From contig JAZKAU010000002.1 in NCBI GenBank assembly GCA_040388985.1, forward strand, positions 247,642 to 311,641: 64,000 nucleotides of DNA. The letters are read 5' to 3'. This DNA is from Patescibacteria group bacterium. Lineage in GTDB: Bacteria > Patescibacteriota > Minisyncoccia > Phycocordibacterales > Phycocordibacteraceae. The notes below the pieces were generated by a model. It saw nothing but the letters and a program-made list of their open reading frames with translations. It was not told the DNA's origin and did no database searches. Positions 1 to 9,346 of the stretch are shown here, one piece after another (position 1 is the stretch's first letter; each line of letters starts with the position of its first letter). A program made the position numbers and the translations under genes.

Positions 1-135
1 TTGGCTTCAGCACCGGACAGCTCGATACCTGCTTGCAACGAGCTAAGTACGGTAAACCGGAGACCGGCCTTCTTGTATTCGATAAGCGCCATAAAATTTC
101 AGAAAATACCTATGTATTGTATAGTGGGGAGACGT

Positions 136-2094
136 ATGGCACCAACGACTCCACAAGCTCCGAAGAAAGGAGGAAAGAAAACGACGAAGAAGCAGAATAC
201 AGGGAAGGGGATGCGATCGGTGATGCCGGGCGGGCCTGGTTTCCTCGGCAATCTTATCTCGACAATACTCGTCTTCCTCTTACTCATGAGCGCGTACTCG
301 CTCATCAGCTCGCATGTGGGCAAGACGGAAACGATATCGCTGACTCAGGTGGCAAACGACGTACGTGCAGGGAAGGTAGAGGATATCTCTATCGCAGGGA
401 ACGATGTCACGCTTGCCTACGCCGATGGCGCGCATAAGAAGGCGATGAAGGACCCGGATCAGGGACTTCCCGAGACACTCTCTGCATACGGCACGACGCC
501 CGATGAGCTTTCGAAGGTGAATATCAGCATCGCGAATGAATCGGGCTTCCGGTTCTGGTTTTCGACGCTCGCTCCTATTCTGCTCCCGGTATTGCTTCTA
601 GGCATCCTCTTCCTCTTCCTGCTGCGCCAAGTGAAGGGCGCAGGTATGCAGGCCTTCACCTTCGGACAGTCGAAGGCGCGCCTTACGGACCCTGCCGACA
701 GTTCCCAGCGCGTGACGTTCGCGGATGTTGCGGGCGCAAAGGAAGCGAAGGAAGAGCTGATGGAGATAGTGGACTTCCTCAAGAATCCGAAGAAATTCCT
801 CGATATCGGCGCGCGCATCCCGAAGGGCATCATGCTCATGGGAGCACCCGGCACCGGAAAGACGCTGCTTGCGCGCGCGGTCGCGGGAGAGGCTGGCGTG
901 CCGTTCTTCTCCATCTCGGGCTCTGAGTTCGTCGAGATGTTCGTGGGCGTGGGAGCGAGTCGCGTACGCGATCTTTTCCAGCTCGCTAAGCGCTCAAGTC
1001 CTGCCATCATTTTCGTAGATGAGATAGACGCGGTGGGACGTGTGCGCGGAAGCGGGGTAGGCGGCGGCAACGACGAGCGTGAGCAGACGCTCAACCAGAT
1101 ACTGGTCGAGATGGACGGCTTCGAACCTACCGAGAAAGTCATCGTGATGGCAGCGACCAACCGTCCGGACGTGCTCGATCCGGCACTTTTGCGTCCCGGA
1201 CGCTTCGACCGGCGCGTAACTATCGACCTGCCTGACCGCAAGGACCGTCTTGAGATTCTCAAGGTACACTCGCGCAAGAAGCCGTTTGGGCCTGACGTGA
1301 ACTTGGAAGTCGTTGCCGAGCGCACGCCTGGTTTCTCAGGCGCAGAGCTCTATAGCCTCATGAATGAAGGCGCCATACTCGCCGCACGCGAGAGCCGCAC
1401 GCAGATAACGCAGTACGACCTCATCCGCTCCATCGAGAAAGTGATGCTCGGTCCCGAGCGCAAGAGTCATCTCATGAGCAAAAAGCAGAAGCGCCTTACG
1501 GCGTATCACGAAGTTGGCCACGCGCTCGTCTCATCCGTGCTCCCGAACGCGGACCCTGTGCATAAGATCTCTATCATCAGTCGCGGACGAGCTGCTGGCT
1601 ACACGCTGAAACTTCCGTTCGAGGACACGAAGCTCCAATCGAAGAAGGAATTCCTCGACGATATCGCAGGAACGCTCGGCGGCTACGTAGCAGAAGAACT
1701 GGTCTTCGGGGACGTGACCACGGGACCTTCGAACGATCTGGCGGTCATAACCGCGCTCGCGCGCGACATGGTCTCTCGCTACGGCATGAGCGACCGCGTC
1801 GGTCCCGTCGCCTTCGCCACCGATCAGAACTATCGCAACGAGACGTATTCGCAGGACATTGCCGCAAAGATCGACGGAGAGGTGACGCGCATTATCGAGG
1901 AAGCGAAAGAGCGCGCTCGCGAAGTCCTCACGACTCATCGTACGGCCCTTGATTCCATCGCTGAAGCTCTCGTCATTTCCGAGACGATGGAGCGCGAAGA
2001 ATTCGAGAAGCATTTGATAGCCAATGGCATCATGCCGAAGAAACGGGATGAGGAGGATTTGCCGGCGATAGCTCCGGACGCGACGGCGGCGTAG
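136..2094 (+). CDS. ftsH: ATP-dependent zinc metalloprotease FtsH
   Basis: The ORF frame is open from window position 1. First ATG at 136, preceded by GGGGAG. N-terminal TM helices. AAA+ Walker A GAPGTGKT and Walker B IIFVDEID. Zn-binding HEVGHAL motif. Confidence 0.9.
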   Translation: MAPTTPQAPKKGGKKTTKKQNTGKGMRSVMPGGPGFLGNLISTILVFLLLMSAYSLISSHVGKTETISLTQVANDVRAGKVEDISIAGNDVTLAYADGAHKKAMKDPDQGLPETLSAYGTTPDELSKVNISIANESGFRFWFSTLAPILLPVLLLGILFLFLLRQVKGAGMQAFTFGQSKARLTDPADSSQRVTFADVAGAKEAKEELMEIVDFLKNPKKFLDIGARIPKGIMLMGAPGTGKTLLARAVAGEAGVPFFSISGSEFVEMFVGVGASRVRDLFQLAKRSSPAIIFVDEIDAVGRVRGSGVGGGNDEREQTLNQILVEMDGFEPTEKVIVMAATNRPDVLDPALLRPGRFDRRVTIDLPDRKDRLEILKVHSRKKPFGPDVNLEVVAERTPGFSGAELYSLMNEGAILAARESRTQITQYDLIRSIEKVMLGPERKSHLMSKKQKRLTAYHEVGHALVSSVLPNADPVHKISIISRGRAAGYTLKLPFEDTKLQSKKEFLDDIAGTLGGYVAEELVFGDVTTGPSNDLAVITALARDMVSRYGMSDRVGPVAFATDQNYRNETYSQDIAAKIDGEVTRIIEEAKERAREVLTTHRTALDSIAEALVISETMEREEFEKHLIANGIMPKKRDEEDLPAIAPDATAA

Positions 2095-2111
2095 CGAAGC
2101 GAAACAAATGA

Positions 2112-2146
2112 GGCAGAAAGCGCCAGCGAAACTGGCGCTTTCTGCC
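2112..2146 (+). terminator. 15-bp perfect stem-loop downstream of ftsH; putative terminator with weak U-tract
   Basis: GGCAGAAAGCGCCAG cgaaa CTGGCGCTTTCTGCC, 18 nt after the ftsH stop codon. Confidence 0.5.
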
Positions 2147-2235
2147 TGATGCATCTAAGGAAAAACTAAAGTCATTCTGTAGTTGTGCCTAGTAATTCTC
2201 TCGAATCAACCAGACTATCTCGATACGATTTTAGT

Positions 2236-2913
2236 ATGGCAAGACGAGAGCTACATAGCCGAGCGATAGAAATGCGGAAGGAAGGCATGAGCTATAGCCA
2301 GATAAAGGCTGAGCTAGGTATCAGCAAGAGCACGCTTAGTGTCTGGCTTCGTGATATGCCATTACCGCCTGAACGAATGTACGATCTGCGCGATTACAGC
2401 GAAGTGCGAATAGAGCGCTATCGAGAGACTCGAGCAAATACCAGAAAGATGCGACTTGAGGAAGTATATAAGAAAGTCGGTCAAGATATAGGGACTCTCT
2501 CTGAAAGGGAACTGTTTCTGTGTGGTCTCTTCTTATATTGGGGAGAAGGGAGCAAGACTAAGGGGTATACCGTATCCATGTCCAATACCGATCCCTCAGT
2601 AATAGTCTTCTTTAGAAAGTGGCTTAACTCAATGGGTGTTCCAGACGAAAGAATAAGAATACGCTTACAACTGTATGCTGACATGGAAGCAAAGAAAGAA
2701 GTAGAATACTGGTCTTCAATCTTAGGTTTACCATTACACTCTTTTCGGAAGCCATATATAAAATCTTCTAACAGACTCGGACTAACCTATAAACAGAGAT
2801 TTATTCACGGCACCTGTAATCTCATATACGATAACCGAGATATCGCAGAATACGTCCATATGGCCATGGAATGGATACAGTCGTCCTTTGTTGCTACTGA
2901 CGTCCAAATATGA
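2236..2913 (+). CDS. HTH-domain protein with possible degenerate LAGLIDADG-like motif; candidate free-standing homing-endonuclease-like gene
   Basis: Low-GC ORF. N-terminal HTH MSYSQIKAELGISKSTLSVWL. Central LCGLFLYWGEGSK resembles LAGLIDADG (LxGLxDGDGS). ATG at 2236; the longer GTG-initiated frame starts at 2185. Sits directly 5' of a tRNA. Confidence 0.55.
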   Translation: MARRELHSRAIEMRKEGMSYSQIKAELGISKSTLSVWLRDMPLPPERMYDLRDYSEVRIERYRETRANTRKMRLEEVYKKVGQDIGTLSERELFLCGLFLYWGEGSKTKGYTVSMSNTDPSVIVFFRKWLNSMGVPDERIRIRLQLYADMEAKKEVEYWSSILGLPLHSFRKPYIKSSNRLGLTYKQRFIHGTCNLIYDNRDIAEYVHMAMEWIQSSFVATDVQI

Positions 2914-2925
2914 TTCGATAACAAA

Positions 2926-3002
2926 GCGCCCTTAGCTCAGTTGGTTAGAGCCCCTAGCTTATACCTAGGTGGTCCTTGGTTCGAGTCCAAGAGGGCGCAC
3001 CA
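2926..3002 (+). tRNA. tRNA-Ile, anticodon UAU (reads AUA); CCA encoded
   Basis: 77-nt cloverleaf. Acceptor GCGCCCT/AGGGCGC, D-arm GCTC-AGTTGGTTA-GAGC, anticodon stem CCTAG/CTAGG, loop CTTATAC, T-arm CTTGG-TTCGAGT-CCAAG, discriminator A, then CCA. Confidence 0.8.
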
Positions 3003-3037
3003 CGATATGTCCTTAAAAGCGATGCTATAGTGCGGAC

Positions 3038-3787
3038 ATGATCGCCACGAGACAAAAGGTGCTGGTCCTGATAGGAATCCTAGTCTTAGTAATCTTAGGC
3101 ATATCTCTCGGTATGCGAGGAGGCGTATCTCATGAGACTGATGAGGCGACGGCGATTAGCACGACCACGAGTGTCGTGGCGGATGTGGCCGGCATGTCAG
3201 ATAAGCCCAAAGAGTTAAAGACGTATGCTCAACTCATGGCACGTTGGTTCGAAGGCGACGGATGTACTATCGCGACAAAGACGCTTGTTCTCCCGCATAC
3301 TGACGGCAAGACACCCAAGCTTAGCTTTGACTATGTGAGTTGCGGTCCCGCCTGGGGGAATTACCGAGTCACAAGTGACGAGATCCGGTCAGTGCAAGAG
3401 CCGCGGCCGGGTAACCCAAGCAATGTGCAGGAAGACCGTGCGATCGCCAGATATGAGATAGTGGATTCTGCTCTCAGCACGGAAGAAGTCCTGCGGCAGA
3501 GTGTATTCTCTACGTTCAATGAAGAGCAGAAGCAGCACTGCTCGCTCGTGACGTCATCCTTCAGGAACATTTTCCTTGGATATGGTGCAAAGCCGACCCA
3601 AGACCTGCAAACGTATACGTATGAGCCTGATGCATTCTTGACTGACAAATATCAGGAGACCGTGAGTACGGCGTGCGGGCTCGGCGGCGTACGATTCTAC
3701 GTGCGCCTGCAGGACGTCCTCCTTGATATCTACTTCGGACAAGACATGCCGCTCTTCGATCCTTCGAGTTTCAGGATACGCGCTTAA
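3038..3787 (+). CDS. hypothetical membrane-anchored protein
   Basis: 249-aa ORF with an N-terminal TM helix (VLVLIGILVLVILGI) and coding-like composition. No recognisable domain. Confidence 0.55.
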   Translation: MIATRQKVLVLIGILVLVILGISLGMRGGVSHETDEATAISTTTSVVADVAGMSDKPKELKTYAQLMARWFEGDGCTIATKTLVLPHTDGKTPKLSFDYVSCGPAWGNYRVTSDEIRSVQEPRPGNPSNVQEDRAIARYEIVDSALSTEEVLRQSVFSTFNEEQKQHCSLVTSSFRNIFLGYGAKPTQDLQTYTYEPDAFLTDKYQETVSTACGLGGVRFYVRLQDVLLDIYFGQDMPLFDPSSFRIRA

Positions 3788-4626
3788 CGGGGAAGGATAT
3801 CACCCAGTAGAGCTGAATCGTAGAATTCCTTTGCAAGCGCGCCGAAGGACCGAGTGCCGTCAGATAAGGTGATCGCAGCGCCCCCGATCTGCGGGTTCGC
3901 GTTCGGGACGGAATGGCTGAAGCCGATATTATAAAGCGTCGAGATGACAGCGACATTCCCGTCGATAGGGAAGCCAGCTTTTGCCCACTGTGCCTCTACT
4001 TCCTTTATATAGAGACCTGCGTAGAGATAGCTCCAGTAGTGGTCATGCTGATCGGTCATGCGAGTGAAGCGCGCTCCCGCGATGTCAGTTGTTCCTGCGG
4101 GGAAATCCAGCAGATGCTCATACGAGGTACCCAGATAATACGGAGAGGTCGGGTCCTTGAGATTGTTCTCGACCTGTACTGCCGTCGCTTCCTTCATGCC
4201 CATCACGCCCCATGAGAACTGCGACTGCGGTCCGAGGATCTTGAGCGGATAGAACCACTTCTTATACGCTTCACGTTCGGTGAAAAAAAGCCGGAGTTGC
4301 TCGGCTACGAGGTTCGCGGTTATAAGGCGGGCAGGGACTCCTGACGCGCCAGCTGCGCGCTCGATGACCGCCTGGTCGCGGCGAATAGCGCCATCCATGA
4401 TCCCCCATTCCTCTGATTGCTGCCATGGACCGGTATACGCAGGGATATTCGGTGACGCCTCAGGTGTCGATGTGCCGAAGAATGCTTCGCGCTGTACGTC
4501 GATGATGCCTTTCTCATTCGTAAGCCCAAAGCGTACCGCGAAGTACCCTGCGACCAAGAAGAGGCCGACAGCCGCGAAGATGTAGATAAAGATATGGAGA
4601 ATCCGATTAAGGTGCTTCTTCGTCAT
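3784..4626 (-). CDS. hypothetical membrane-anchored protein
   Basis: ORF 3784..4788. The likely start is the internal ATG at 4626 (MTKKHLNRILHIFIYIFAAVGLFLVAGYF, a TM helix). 4-nt overlap with the upstream gene. Confidence 0.55.
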   Translation of the reverse strand: MTKKHLNRILHIFIYIFAAVGLFLVAGYFAVRFGLTNEKGIIDVQREAFFGTSTPEASPNIPAYTGPWQQSEEWGIMDGAIRRDQAVIERAAGASGVPARLITANLVAEQLRLFFTEREAYKKWFYPLKILGPQSQFSWGVMGMKEATAVQVENNLKDPTSPYYLGTSYEHLLDFPAGTTDIAGARFTRMTDQHDHYWSYLYAGLYIKEVEAQWAKAGFPIDGNVAVISTLYNIGFSHSVPNANPQIGGAAITLSDGTRSFGALAKEFYDSALLGDILPR

Positions 4627-4732
4627 GGTTTCCTCGAGTGTACCTTGAAGCAGGGAGGGGTCAAAGCCCCGCAGCCTTGGCTGGGGCGGGACAGAGCGCT
4701 GGAACTTTTCTAGAGTGCTACACTTCTTATAC

Positions 4733-5434
4733 ATGAAGGAGTTTCTTATTAGTCCTCCATTTGGCAACTTTCTCTCCTTTTCAGGCACAACTTCGATTCG
4801 CGGAACTTTTACGTATAAGAGACGCGGATCGTGGCTCTACAAAATGTGGCGATTTGCAAAGACCGTCCGGCCCATCCCCGAAGGCTGGGTCAACAGCATC
4901 GGTTTCCAGAATCCCGGCATTCACTCAGTGCGGACATACGACCCAAATACGATCTATTCGATCGGTGCTGTAGCTGAGGGTGAATGGGAAAAATTGATTA
5001 ACGTGATTCCCGAATCAGTCAGTCTTGAAATTAATATGGGGTGTCCGAATCTTGATACCCATCCCCGCATACCGGGCCGATGTGTTCAAAGCCTCGTTGC
5101 TAGGCATTCTTTGGTTATTTTTAAACTCACGTATTCGCAAGCAGTTTTGTCAGAAATTGATTTTCTGATTGAGAATGGCGCACGATATCTGCATCTCTTT
5201 AACACCATCCCTAGCTCGCGCGGAGCTGAAAGTGGGAAGCGAGTGCAAGAAGTCGCTCTAAAAGCGATTCGGCAGGTTAAAGATACATACCCTCATGTGA
5301 CTATTGTGGGAGGCGGAGGGATTTACTCACTCGAGGATATCCAACGTTACAAAGAAGCAGGGGCAGCTCATTTTTCACTCGCAAGTATTTTCCTCAATCC
5401 TGTTAAAGCTGCAAAGATACTTAAGCATATTTAG
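4733..5434 (+). CDS. dihydroorotate dehydrogenase-family (PyrD-like) TIM-barrel protein, short form
   Basis: Lower-GC ORF. Motifs NSIGFQNPG (substrate loop, cf. NAMGLPN), NMGCPN (cf. NLSCPN with active-site Cys) and IVGGGGIYSLEDIQRYKEAGA (FMN phosphate-binding GGI). ATG at 4733; the GTG frame starts at 4715. Confidence 0.55.
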   Translation: MKEFLISPPFGNFLSFSGTTSIRGTFTYKRRGSWLYKMWRFAKTVRPIPEGWVNSIGFQNPGIHSVRTYDPNTIYSIGAVAEGEWEKLINVIPESVSLEINMGCPNLDTHPRIPGRCVQSLVARHSLVIFKLTYSQAVLSEIDFLIENGARYLHLFNTIPSSRGAESGKRVQEVALKAIRQVKDTYPHVTIVGGGGIYSLEDIQRYKEAGAAHFSLASIFLNPVKAAKILKHI

Positions 5435-5460
5435 CTGGCCGTCTGAGACGATATTCGAAC
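5432..5460 (+). repeat. 29-bp intergenic repeat, copy A (TAGCTGGCCGTCTGAGACGATATTCGAAC)
   Basis: Starts on the TAG stop of the PyrD-like gene. 27/29 identical to the reverse complement of copy C. Shares a 13-nt 5' block with copy B. Confidence 0.6.
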
Positions 5461-5506
5461 AAATATAATGTTTTAGGGCGCCGACATCTCTGCCGGCGCC
5501 CCTTGG

Positions 5507-6127
5507 TTATTGTGTGAGCCAGTGATCGAGCCACTCGCCGATTTCAGTCCAGCGCATGCGCCATTCCGAACCGTTTAGATCAGGCCGCTCATGGATCCTG
5601 TCGATATCATCAGTGAGCTGTCGTCTGAATGTGGCTTCTCCAGGCTTAAGCTTCTCGAAGGCCCGGTTCGAATGTGGATCGCCGAAGTAGCAAGCCTGCA
5701 TCCCACGAGAGGGGTCGGCGATCTTTCGAAACGGCCAGCTCATAAATTTGTCGAAATAGCGAAGAACTGGCCCGCTAAGATTTGGCGATTCTGCCGCATC
5801 ATCGAATATCACCAGGCCTTTCCCGTAGGCGATAAACCTCCCTCTGTAGCGTTCTCGACCACCATAAGGGTCTTGATGCGCCTCGTTGATGAGACGGGTA
5901 ATCAGCGGTCTCTCCGGCCGGTGAACATGTGGAAAACCGTGCTCACGGTCCAGGAAGGACGCAAAGACCCCTTCTTCGCCTCGGTATTTTTCCCACGCTT
6001 TAGCCATCGCGGTAAGCGGAACGCCGGCAATATTCTCCGGAACACTGAGGATGTAATTGCCTCCCACGTCAGCAACATTCGCTACGGGAGCTCCACAGCT
6101 TGCTTGATTTAGCACTATAAGCATCAT
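5507..6127 (-). CDS. hypothetical protein
   Basis: 206-aa ORF with Met-Met start at 6127 preceded by AAGGAG with a 4-nt spacer. No recognised motif. The overlapping plus-strand ORF 5591..6112 lacks a comparable start context. Confidence 0.55.
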   Translation of the reverse strand: MMLIVLNQASCGAPVANVADVGGNYILSVPENIAGVPLTAMAKAWEKYRGEEGVFASFLDREHGFPHVHRPERPLITRLINEAHQDPYGGRERYRGRFIAYGKGLVIFDDAAESPNLSGPVLRYFDKFMSWPFRKIADPSRGMQACYFGDPHSNRAFEKLKPGEATFRRQLTDDIDRIHERPDLNGSEWRMRWTEIGEWLDHWLTQ

Positions 6128-6236
6128 AGTCTCCTTGTGGCCTTAACCACTTTCTTTCTAGCCTAAGCTAGAGCGATGCAACATTCGGACCAGAACATGG
6201 TCCAGATGCAATATGCATTAGTTATGTAAATTTGTC

Positions 6237-6270
6237 TAGCTGGCCGTCTCGAGTTCGAATCGTATAGAAC
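6237..6270 (+). repeat. 29-bp repeat family, degenerate copy B
   Basis: TAGCTGGCCGTCTCGAGTTCGAATCGTATAGAAC; shares TAGCTGGCCGTCT and TTCGAAT with copies A and C. Confidence 0.45.
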
Positions 6271-6360
6271 CAAGCCTTGGTTAGCCCGTTTGATGAATTT
6301 TCATAATCCAAACCGACGAGTCTGGTGCGCTCCAAAAAAGTATGATTTTCTACATCGAAA

Positions 6361-6915
6361 TTACTTACTGAAAAGATACTCGAATGCTTCGGTATAGACG
6401 CCTTCAAAGTCATGCGATACATCAAAATACTTAATATCGTACTTCGAACATTCCTCCTTGAGGTATTGGCTGAACTCTATCATTTCATCAATCATTGGAA
6501 GCATTTCCTCGTCAGAAATATCTTTTGTCCAATCAGCGTCCCCTTGATGATATTCCCTTACGAGCGCGAGCTTCTCATCCTTGTTTGATTCTGCGTAACC
6601 TACGAAACAGCATTTAATTGGTTTCCCCTCAGCGATTGATTCACTAACCTGGCTCGGCAAGATTGAGTCGCCTTCAATGAGATATTCTTTTTCTTCTTTG
6701 AGGAAGTAGTTTAAAAGCGGCTTAACTAAGGGCCACATTTTGTGAGGTCGCTCTTTAAGAGTGTTTTCATACAGGACTCCGAACTCCGGTGCGCCATGAA
6801 CCAAAGAGTAAAAGAGGCCGTCAAGCGGGAAATATGGAATTTGCTTTTCAACCACAGCTCGTCTAGCAAGCAGTGTTTTCCCAGAGCGCGAGGATCCTCC
6901 TAGGACGTATAGCAT
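6361..6915 (-). CDS. P-loop NTPase / small-molecule kinase-like protein
   Basis: AT-rich ORF. Walker A GGSSRSGKT at the N-terminus; ATG at 6915. Confidence 0.6.
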   Translation of the reverse strand: MLYVLGGSSRSGKTLLARRAVVEKQIPYFPLDGLFYSLVHGAPEFGVLYENTLKERPHKMWPLVKPLLNYFLKEEKEYLIEGDSILPSQVSESIAEGKPIKCCFVGYAESNKDEKLALVREYHQGDADWTKDISDEEMLPMIDEMIEFSQYLKEECSKYDIKYFDVSHDFEGVYTEAFEYLFSK

Positions 6916-7042
6916 ATAAAGATTATATCGCTTTCTTAGACTTTGCTAAGTACGCGTCTCGTGCGCCATACCCTAGCACGAGTTGGCTGGCAGTTTAGGA
7001 TTAGAACGAGAGATTGAATTTTTCTTATACCCGAGCGACTCG

Positions 7043-9244
7043 TTATTCCATATACAACTTCTTGGTCTTCTCCGTGACGATTGCCTGCAATTCCGGGTGC
7101 TTCAGGAGTTCGGGATCGTTCGCAAGTAGCGCTGAGGACTCGGTCCGCGCGGCTTCGACGAGGCGCAGGTTCTTTATAGCTTCCATGGCGATATCAGAGA
7201 CGCCCCATTGCCGGTTACCAGCGAGTTCGCCTGCACCGCGGAGCGCGAGATCATACTCGGCAAGCTCGAAGCCGTCTTTCGCGGTCGTGAGCGCCTTGAG
7301 CCTGTCTTTGGTAGCAGGCCCATACGACTCGGGGAGCGCGAAGCAGTACGCCTGGTTATTGGAACGGATGACGCGCCCGCGAAGCTGATGGAGCTGCGCA
7401 AGTCCGAAACGCTCTGCACCTTCGATAAGGATGACGGTCGCGTTCGGGACGTTCACGCCGACTTCGACCACGGAAGTCGCCACCAGGATATCCGTCGTGC
7501 CTTTCTCGAAGGCCTGCATACTCTTCTCTTTCTCAGCAGGCGTCATCTTGCTGTGCAGGATCCCGATAGAGGCTTCGGGGAAGACCTCCTTCGAGAGACG
7601 TTCGGCTTCTGCTTTTACGGACTTCGCCTGCACCGCAAGCTCCTTTGTCGGATCCGGTTCATCAATACGCGGACAGATGACATACGCTTGGCGTCCGGCT
7701 GCCAACTCTTTACGGACACGTTCGTACGCAAGTTCCCGTTTCTCGGGCCCGAGCACTTCGGTGATGATCGGCTTGCGGCCAAGCGGCATCTGGTCGAGTA
7801 CGGAAAGGTCGAGGTCGCCATAGAGGGTGAGCGCGAGGGTGCGGGGGATGGGTGTTGCCGTCATCGAAAGGAGATGCGGAGAAATGGAGTGTTTCCTGGT
7901 GAGCTTCTGACGATGGGCTTTCCCGAAGCGGTGCTGCTCGTCGATGATGGCGTACGCGAGATTCTGGAACTCAAGCGACTTATAGACGAGCGCATGGGTG
8001 CCGATAACTATCGGTATCTCGCCATTCGCCACCCATTTGGCGAACTGCGCGCGCGATACCTTTGCAGATTCTTCGTACGGAACCTTGCTCGGGAACTTTC
8101 GGCACTCGCTTCCGGTGATGAGGCCGATGGGAATAGGATGATCCTTGAAATAGGAAACGAACGTCGAGAAGTGCTGCTTCGCGAGAATCTCAGTGGGACA
8201 CATGTAGGCGACCTGGAGCGTGCCGCTTGCGCGGCCCGGCGGGTGCGACGTTGCCACCATGTAGGCGGTCGCAGCCGCTACCGCCGTCTTCCCGCTGCCC
8301 ACATCGCCTTCAAGGAGCCTGCGCATCGGGTGCGCTTTCTCGAAGTCGGTCACGATGGTATCTATGGAGCGCTGTTGTGCCTCGGTTGCGGGGAAAGGAA
8401 AGGTATTCACGAAATCTTTCAAGGCTTTCCGGTCAACGAGCACCGGCAAGGCCTTTTCTTTCACTGCCCGCGCGCGCTCAGTCCCGAGCGCGAGTTGCAG
8501 CGTGAATATCTCCTCGAAGGCGAATCGCTTTCGTGCCGCATCCGCATCACTCTTCTTTCGCGGCGCGTGTATCCACACGAGCGCAGTCGAAAGCGCTGGT
8601 AGGTTGTATCGTTCGAGGATCTCGAGTGGTACGGGGTCCGGCAGCGTCTCGTGCACGTGAGACTCAAATACTTTCTTCACCGCATGCAGGAGCCAGAGCG
8701 ACGAGATGCCACGGCTCTCCGGGTAGATAGCATATTGAGAGTCGTCGATGATGCTCGCCTGACCTGCGGTCTTGGTAAAGAGCGAGTCATGCAAGTCCTC
8801 AGGATTCGCCGGTGTCTTATCGATATCAGGATTAGCGAGGTATATCTTGTCGCCTGTACCTGCGATCTTTCCGCTTGCCTTCACGACCATGCCGTCAGCG
8901 ACCATCTTGGCCATATACGGCTGAGAGAACCACATGAGCTTGATTCGTCCGCTCGCGTCCTCGAGCCACGCTTCGGCCATGGGGCGGCGGCTTTTCCATG
9001 CCTTGCGTGTCTCAGGCTTACGGATGGTGCCGTAAAGCGTTACTTCACTTCCGGCTTGCGCGCCCGCAATCGTGCCGGTCGGCCCTGCTGCCTCATAGCG
9101 GGCGGGGAAGTGGTAGAGGAGATCGCGAATCGTGTGGATGCCGAGACGCGTAAGCGCTGCTTTCTGATCAGCGCGTACACGCGGAAAGTGCTTGATGAGG
9201 AGATCGTCCTGATGCATGCGTTCAGTATACCCAGCACCTAACAT
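7043..9244 (-). CDS. recG: ATP-dependent DNA helicase RecG
   Basis: 733 aa. N-terminal HhH-like LTRLGIHTIRDLLYHFPARYE, wedge domain, Walker A GDVGSGKT, DEQHRFG, helicase C-terminal motifs. Alternative start at 9217. Confidence 0.88.
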   Translation of the reverse strand: MLGAGYTERMHQDDLLIKHFPRVRADQKAALTRLGIHTIRDLLYHFPARYEAAGPTGTIAGAQAGSEVTLYGTIRKPETRKAWKSRRPMAEAWLEDASGRIKLMWFSQPYMAKMVADGMVVKASGKIAGTGDKIYLANPDIDKTPANPEDLHDSLFTKTAGQASIIDDSQYAIYPESRGISSLWLLHAVKKVFESHVHETLPDPVPLEILERYNLPALSTALVWIHAPRKKSDADAARKRFAFEEIFTLQLALGTERARAVKEKALPVLVDRKALKDFVNTFPFPATEAQQRSIDTIVTDFEKAHPMRRLLEGDVGSGKTAVAAATAYMVATSHPPGRASGTLQVAYMCPTEILAKQHFSTFVSYFKDHPIPIGLITGSECRKFPSKVPYEESAKVSRAQFAKWVANGEIPIVIGTHALVYKSLEFQNLAYAIIDEQHRFGKAHRQKLTRKHSISPHLLSMTATPIPRTLALTLYGDLDLSVLDQMPLGRKPIITEVLGPEKRELAYERVRKELAAGRQAYVICPRIDEPDPTKELAVQAKSVKAEAERLSKEVFPEASIGILHSKMTPAEKEKSMQAFEKGTTDILVATSVVEVGVNVPNATVILIEGAERFGLAQLHQLRGRVIRSNNQAYCFALPESYGPATKDRLKALTTAKDGFELAEYDLALRGAGELAGNRQWGVSDIAMEAIKNLRLVEAARTESSALLANDPELLKHPELQAIVTEKTKKLYME

Positions 9245-9346
9245 TCCGGCGAAAGTCAGGTGCTGGGCAGGCTTCGTACGGATTCCTCGCGCCTCTCATG
9301 ATCACTTCATCTTCGTTAGGCTTAGATATGCGTTATACTCTTTTAT

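Noticed and set aside
5591-6112. Plus-strand 173-aa ORF overlapping the 5507-6127 minus-strand gene
   Set aside because: The minus-strand frame has a Met-Met start with a strong AAGGAG RBS and a longer ORF. Only one can be real, and this choice remains uncertain.
7208-8602. 464-aa ORF antisense to recG
   Set aside because: Arg/Gly/Ala-rich low-complexity translation, typical of GC-rich antisense frames; recG on the other strand has all helicase motifs.
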